64,000 bases of DNA from Anaeramoeba ignava BMAN (Eukaryota > Protista > Anaeramoebae): assembly GCA_028826165.1 (NCBI GenBank), contig JAPDFW010000099.1, forward strand, positions 62,001 through 126,000, given 5' to 3'. Made by a program: the position numbers and the translations under genes. The notes beneath the pieces were generated by a model that saw nothing but the letters and a program-made list of their open reading frames with translations, did not search any database and had not been told where the DNA came from. Shown piece after piece: positions 59,240-64,000 of the stretch; positions within the stretch are counted from its first letter, which is position 1; each line of letters opens with the position of its first letter.

Positions 59240-60738
59240 TTAAATGAAAAAAGTTTCAAGTTCATCAATTTCCCATCCATTAAAAGAACCAGCTAAATAA
59301 TTTCTAGATTCATCTGTTCTTTTTTCAATTCCTTTAGGAAGATTGTAAGTATTACCAAATTTTGTAAAACCAGATTGTAATTTGATATTTACCCATAAAT
59401 CAGCAGAAGTATTTCCTCCAAAAGTTGGTCCATATTTTGAATACCAATAAAAAATAGCTTTTTCTTCTTTTTCTTTTTTAATTGAAAATTTCTTTGGTTT
59501 CCGATTATTTTTATCATTTCTCAATGAAAAAATAAATGCATTTGAATCTGGAATAAATCCATGTTCTTTATTTATATCTTTTTCTCTCCATTTTGAATTA
59601 TCATTTGTAAATCCAATTGAAGTAAATCCTCCAAAGATATAATTATCTTTTGTTTTGATAATAATTAATGTTTTTCCTTTATTATCACAAATATCATGCC
59701 ATTTTTTACAATCAAATCCATCTTTTTTAGCTGAAAATCCCAATTCCATTCCATAAAAGAATTCATCATCGTTTATCCATTCTTTTAATTTATCAAAATG
59801 CTCTTTTTCTTGAATTATTGTTGATTTAAATTTCATTCTTGTTTTGAAAATTAATGAATTTTGATTTTCAATAAATTGTTTTAACTCTTCTTTATTTTCT
59901 TGATTTTTCATTATTAGTAATTTAATTAATTGTTGTGAAATTTCATTTGGAATTAATTCTTCTTTTAATATATTAGCAAGTTCTTTATTTGAGAAAGTAA
60001 TAAATCTGATTTTATCAATAATATTTGAAATTTGATCTTGAATTTTTTCTTTTTCTTCTTTTTCAAGTTTTTGATTATCATTTTCTTGATTAATATTTGA
60101 TTTATGTTTTCCCCATTTGATTATTTTTTGGAAAAGTTCAAATTCATTTAAAAAAATTTTATCATTTAATAATATTGAATTTAAATGATTTTCTTCAAGT
60201 TCAAGAAAAAAAGGAGTTTTGATAAATTCATTAAAATTATCAAAAATAAATTGATAAGAATAATCTATTAATTTAATTAAATTTCTTGATTCAGATAATT
60301 TAAGAATATCAACAATAGTTTCAATTTGTAAATTCTTTTTGATAAATTTTGAAGAAACATTAATTAATTCATCAATTAAATATTTTGATGAAAAAATTAA
60401 AATTTGAATTGCATTTTCTGAATTAATTTCAATTTTTCCTGAATAAAGATAATTTAAAATTGAAGATAGAATTGAATTTGAAACATCTTTTAGAATTAAT
60501 TTATTTTCTTGATATTCTTTCATTTTAGAATTAAAAAGAGATTTAAAATATTGACTTCTTGAAGAAAGAATTGATTTATGAGTTTTAAATGAAGTTTTAT
60601 TTTGTTCACAAATTATTTCAAAATCAAAATAACTTTCTTCTTCTTTTGATTTTGATTTTGATTTTGATTTTGATTTTGATTTTGAAATAAATTTTTCAAA
60701 TCATTTGAAAGTTTTTCTAAATTTAAATAATTTTTCAT
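59240..60738 (-). CDS. BTB-BACK-TLDc protein; 1-nt homopolymer frameshift near 60645
   Basis: ATG 60738 (MKNYLNLEKLSNDL) is 215 nt from the ORF start at 60523; one A is missing in the CAAAA(A)GAAG run relative to paralogs. Confidence 0.85.
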
Positions 60739-60825
60739 TTTAGAAATGAAAAAGAAAAAATGAAAAAAATTTTTGATTAATTTTTTTTTTCATTTTTAAA
60801 AGTAAAAAAAAATTAAAGTGAAAAA

Positions 60826-63800
60826 TTAAACTTTCTCATAAAATAGCATATAAGCATCATCTTTTTTTAAATCATCAAAACCATTTTTCATTTTCTCAGT
60901 AAAGAAATCATTAAACCAATACCAATCATTATCAACCACTGCATAAGCAGTATAATGACCATATTCAGATTTTTCAGAAATATGATTTGAAACGGCAAAT
61001 AATTTATACATTTCTTGACCCACTTTTTTTCCAACTCTTGATGAAAGATCCAAAACACTTGGAAAATCTACTTTTGTTGTTATTTTTCTCCATACATTGA
61101 ACCGACGAAATTGAATAATGCAAATTCGAGGTAATTTTTTGATATGAATTGTTTTTTCTGCATTAACTGATTTTTGACAGGCAGCGCATCGCCATTTATT
61201 TTCGTTTTGAAGGTTTTCTGTTTGAAAATAGGAATCCAAACACATTTGCAAATTGATATCTTCTTCGGTTGTTTCGTTGGGCAAATTCTCGAAAAATGGC
61301 TTAGTAAAAAATGGAAGATTTAGTGAAATTAACGGATTCCATTCAACTACGAATTCTTTATTTTCATCTTCAACATAAATTTTCTGATTTTTTTTAATTT
61401 CCTTCCCATCAAAATGGATCCTGAAAAATTGGTTCATTCCAAATTGCAATTCCCTTGCCCAATATTGCTCATATGTTTCATTCAAAGACATTTGTAAAAA
61501 GGGGTTTTCTGGATCCATGAATCTATTGAGTTGATCCTTTAATCCTTGATTTTGTTGGTTGATTGATGAATTATATGAATTCAAAACACAAGATGAATAA
61601 GCATCATTAAATTTCGAAACATAATTTTGTGGGAAATGGTAATATTGGGCAATATCTGATTCAACGGGGATCCATTGTTGATTTAAGTTTAAATGATTTT
61701 GATTTTGATTTTGATTTAAATTTTGATTTTGATTTAAATTTTGATTTTGATTTAAATTTTGATTTTGATTCCGTAAATGCTGTATTTTATATTGATTCTC
61801 TAAATATTCCTGATGTTTCACATATTGTTGATATTTTAACTGACGATAGCGTAAATATTGCTCATGCGAAAGTTCATCTTTCATGTTTTTCTTTACTTGG
61901 GTCGATCTTATTTGAGAATTTCTTGCCACATTTTTTACTTGCGCTCTTTCTGTATTTGCATTTATATGATCTTCTGATAATAAATTTTGAGAGTAATTCT
62001 CGATATCGTTTCCCATGATTTTTGATACCTTTTCCATATCTTTCTGCTCTTGGTCTTGATCCAAAAACGGATAGTGATTCCAATTTTGTTGGAGATAAAA
62101 ATCATTTCCGTTTTCTTGTGTTTGGAATTCTGGATTATTGCCTGATGTAAATACATAAGCTGCAAGTGGTAATCCAAGATGATAATTGGGGATTTGTGAT
62201 TCGTTGCCATTTGTATTTGCATAAATAAATGGGCTGCCAAGTACAACCATTTGATTTACATATCCATAGGGACTTGTTGTTTGCAAATATTCCTGGGTTG
62301 TTGTCCCCATTCTTTCCATATTATTATAATAATTTTCCATTTGATTCTGATATGTTTGTTGTTGATATTTTTGCATTTCTTCATAATCTTGCAATTTCTT
62401 TGCAAGAGCAAGATCTGCTTCCTCCATTTTTTTCGCACTCGTATGTCTTGAATGCGTATGTTGATTCTCATTGACTTCATTAAATTCTCCGCTGTCGATA
62501 TTTTTCAACAGATTATCCAGCGGGATTGATTGCTCGATGATTGATTTAATTTGGTCGTAAATTTGGTTCCAAATTGTTTCATACAAATTTTCTCCTTTTT
62601 CCAAACAAATCAAGAAAGGATACCCAGTTTGTTGTTGAGACGTAATCTCCCCTTGGTTTTGCGATGGATTCATCGCTGTTTCCACAACATGTTTTATTTG
62701 GGTCACTTGGATTTTCAATAACTTCCCAATTTTCTTGTTGGTATTTTCCAATTTGGGAAGTTCATATGCAAAAATTTTCTGATGTTGATTTTCCATAAAT
62801 TCCTCAGTTGTTGTTATTCTTGTCTCAATTGAAAAATTATTTGCTGAGCAAAGATACAATAGATTTCTATCTGCACCCGTTTTTTCTGCAATTTCTTTCT
62901 TGATATCCTCAAGTGTTGTTTTTTCTGAATTTTCCACAAAAATTATTTTATCCTTTTTTTTGTCTTTTGCAAAAATAACTGCTATTTTTTTGGTTCCAAA
63001 TTGCTCTTCTTCTGTTTTGATTGGGAGTTCAAATCCAAGACAATTTTCCGATCGTGTGAATGAATGCTTGCATTCCAAACTTTCAACCTCTGTATCAAGT
63101 TCAATAAAAAAAAGCTCAGAAAAAATGTCCACTTTTTTTGACAGATTTTTTTTCACCATTTCTTCTTTTAGTAAATTTAGGATCGCACTTGTAAATTCGT
63201 GACCGTCTTCTTGTCTTCCCAGTTCAAAAAAAGGTTTTTTTTCTCTCGCTTTTGCAATCAAATCGTACGGATTCATGATCTTGTATTTTCCTTTCCAAAA
63301 CTACATAAATTCAAGAAAAAAAAAATTACGGAATTATTAATCAATCCAAATTTTGCTTTTTTTTTGTTTGTTTTTTGATCCAAACTTTTTTTAAAGCTTT
63401 TGTAAAAATTCCAAGCATTGAATTTTCTTCTTTTTCAAAATTATTTGATTTATCAAGAAAAAATTTCCGCAGATTAACGGAATGAAATAAGCATTGGAAA
63501 GAGGAATTTGCATAGCAAGTATTTCCTAAATTATAAAGTCCACTTACTCCTGGTAAAAACTAAAAAAAAAAGTTATAAGATTATTGAACAAGAAAAATAT
63601 ATAAACCCAGAATATTTACGTTTTTTCTTTTTTGTGGTTGAAAATATGTAATATATTTTTCTCTTTCAATATTTTGTTTGTTTTCATTTGTTGTTATTTC
63701 TGTTGTTTTTGTTTTTGGTTTTTTTCTTTTTTTGTGTAAATTAGTTGATTTTTTTATTTCCGAAATTTTATTTTCCTTATCAAAATTATTTCCTTTATCA

Positions 63801-64000
63801 GAATCCGATTCACTTTTGAAATCAGATTCAGTTTCGTTATCATTTTCATTATCATTTTCGTTATCATTTTCATTATCACTTTCATTATCATTTTCATTAT
63901 CATTTTCATTATCACTTTCATTATTACTTGATTTTTTGAATGAATTTTTACTTGATTTTTCGATTAATTGTTCAAATGAATCTTCAAATGAATCTTCAAA
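60826..64000 (-). CDS. Ubiquitin-specific protease (peptidase C19) with a large insertion in the catalytic domain; 5' end lies beyond the window
   Basis: Cys box GLYNLGNTCYANSSFQCL (~63490-63545), QEDGHEF, WRCAAC, QFRRF, His box VSNHI...GHYTAY...WYWFND, AYMLFY. Confidence 0.9.

Noticed and set aside
61300-62990. Intein in the USP insertion
   Set aside because: No C/S start with a C-terminal HN-C/S/T junction and no Hint or LAGLIDADG motifs visible; the insert sits at the usual USP insertion point.

Overview
Extremely AT-rich, gene-dense, intron-containing eukaryotic (protist) DNA in the standard genetic code. The style (Asn/Gln/Glu hexamer expansions, large BTB-TLDc and ankyrin-BTB families, a divergent Tim44) resembles the anaerobic metamonad Anaeramoeba; this is inference, not a database result. 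Recognisable genes: TYW1 (exon 1), a truncated NOT1 paralog, a TPR protein, CCT4, DCTN6, METTL16, DENND11, Tim44, SPCS1, Ras (plus a partial 3' duplicate), an FG-GAP membrane protein, a ~37-repeat ankyrin-BTB protein, NAA20, a CH-RasGAP-PH protein, a Zn-ribbon/RING-H2 protein, a USP, ten BTB-TLDc genes and a U16/SNORD16-like box C/D snoRNA. The main finding is a gene at 19110-21177 (minus strand), mostly missed by the ORF track. The beta-hairpin loop residues of each of its ankyrin repeats appear to be encoded by separate single-codon (3-nt) and 6-nt micro-exons with canonical AG/GT borders, which restore an exact 34-aa repeat register. Introns are often filled with private micro/minisatellites that avoid AG on the sense strand. 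A TTTTCATTTT Inr-like motif precedes most start codons. Many single-base frameshifts in homopolymers look like consensus errors.
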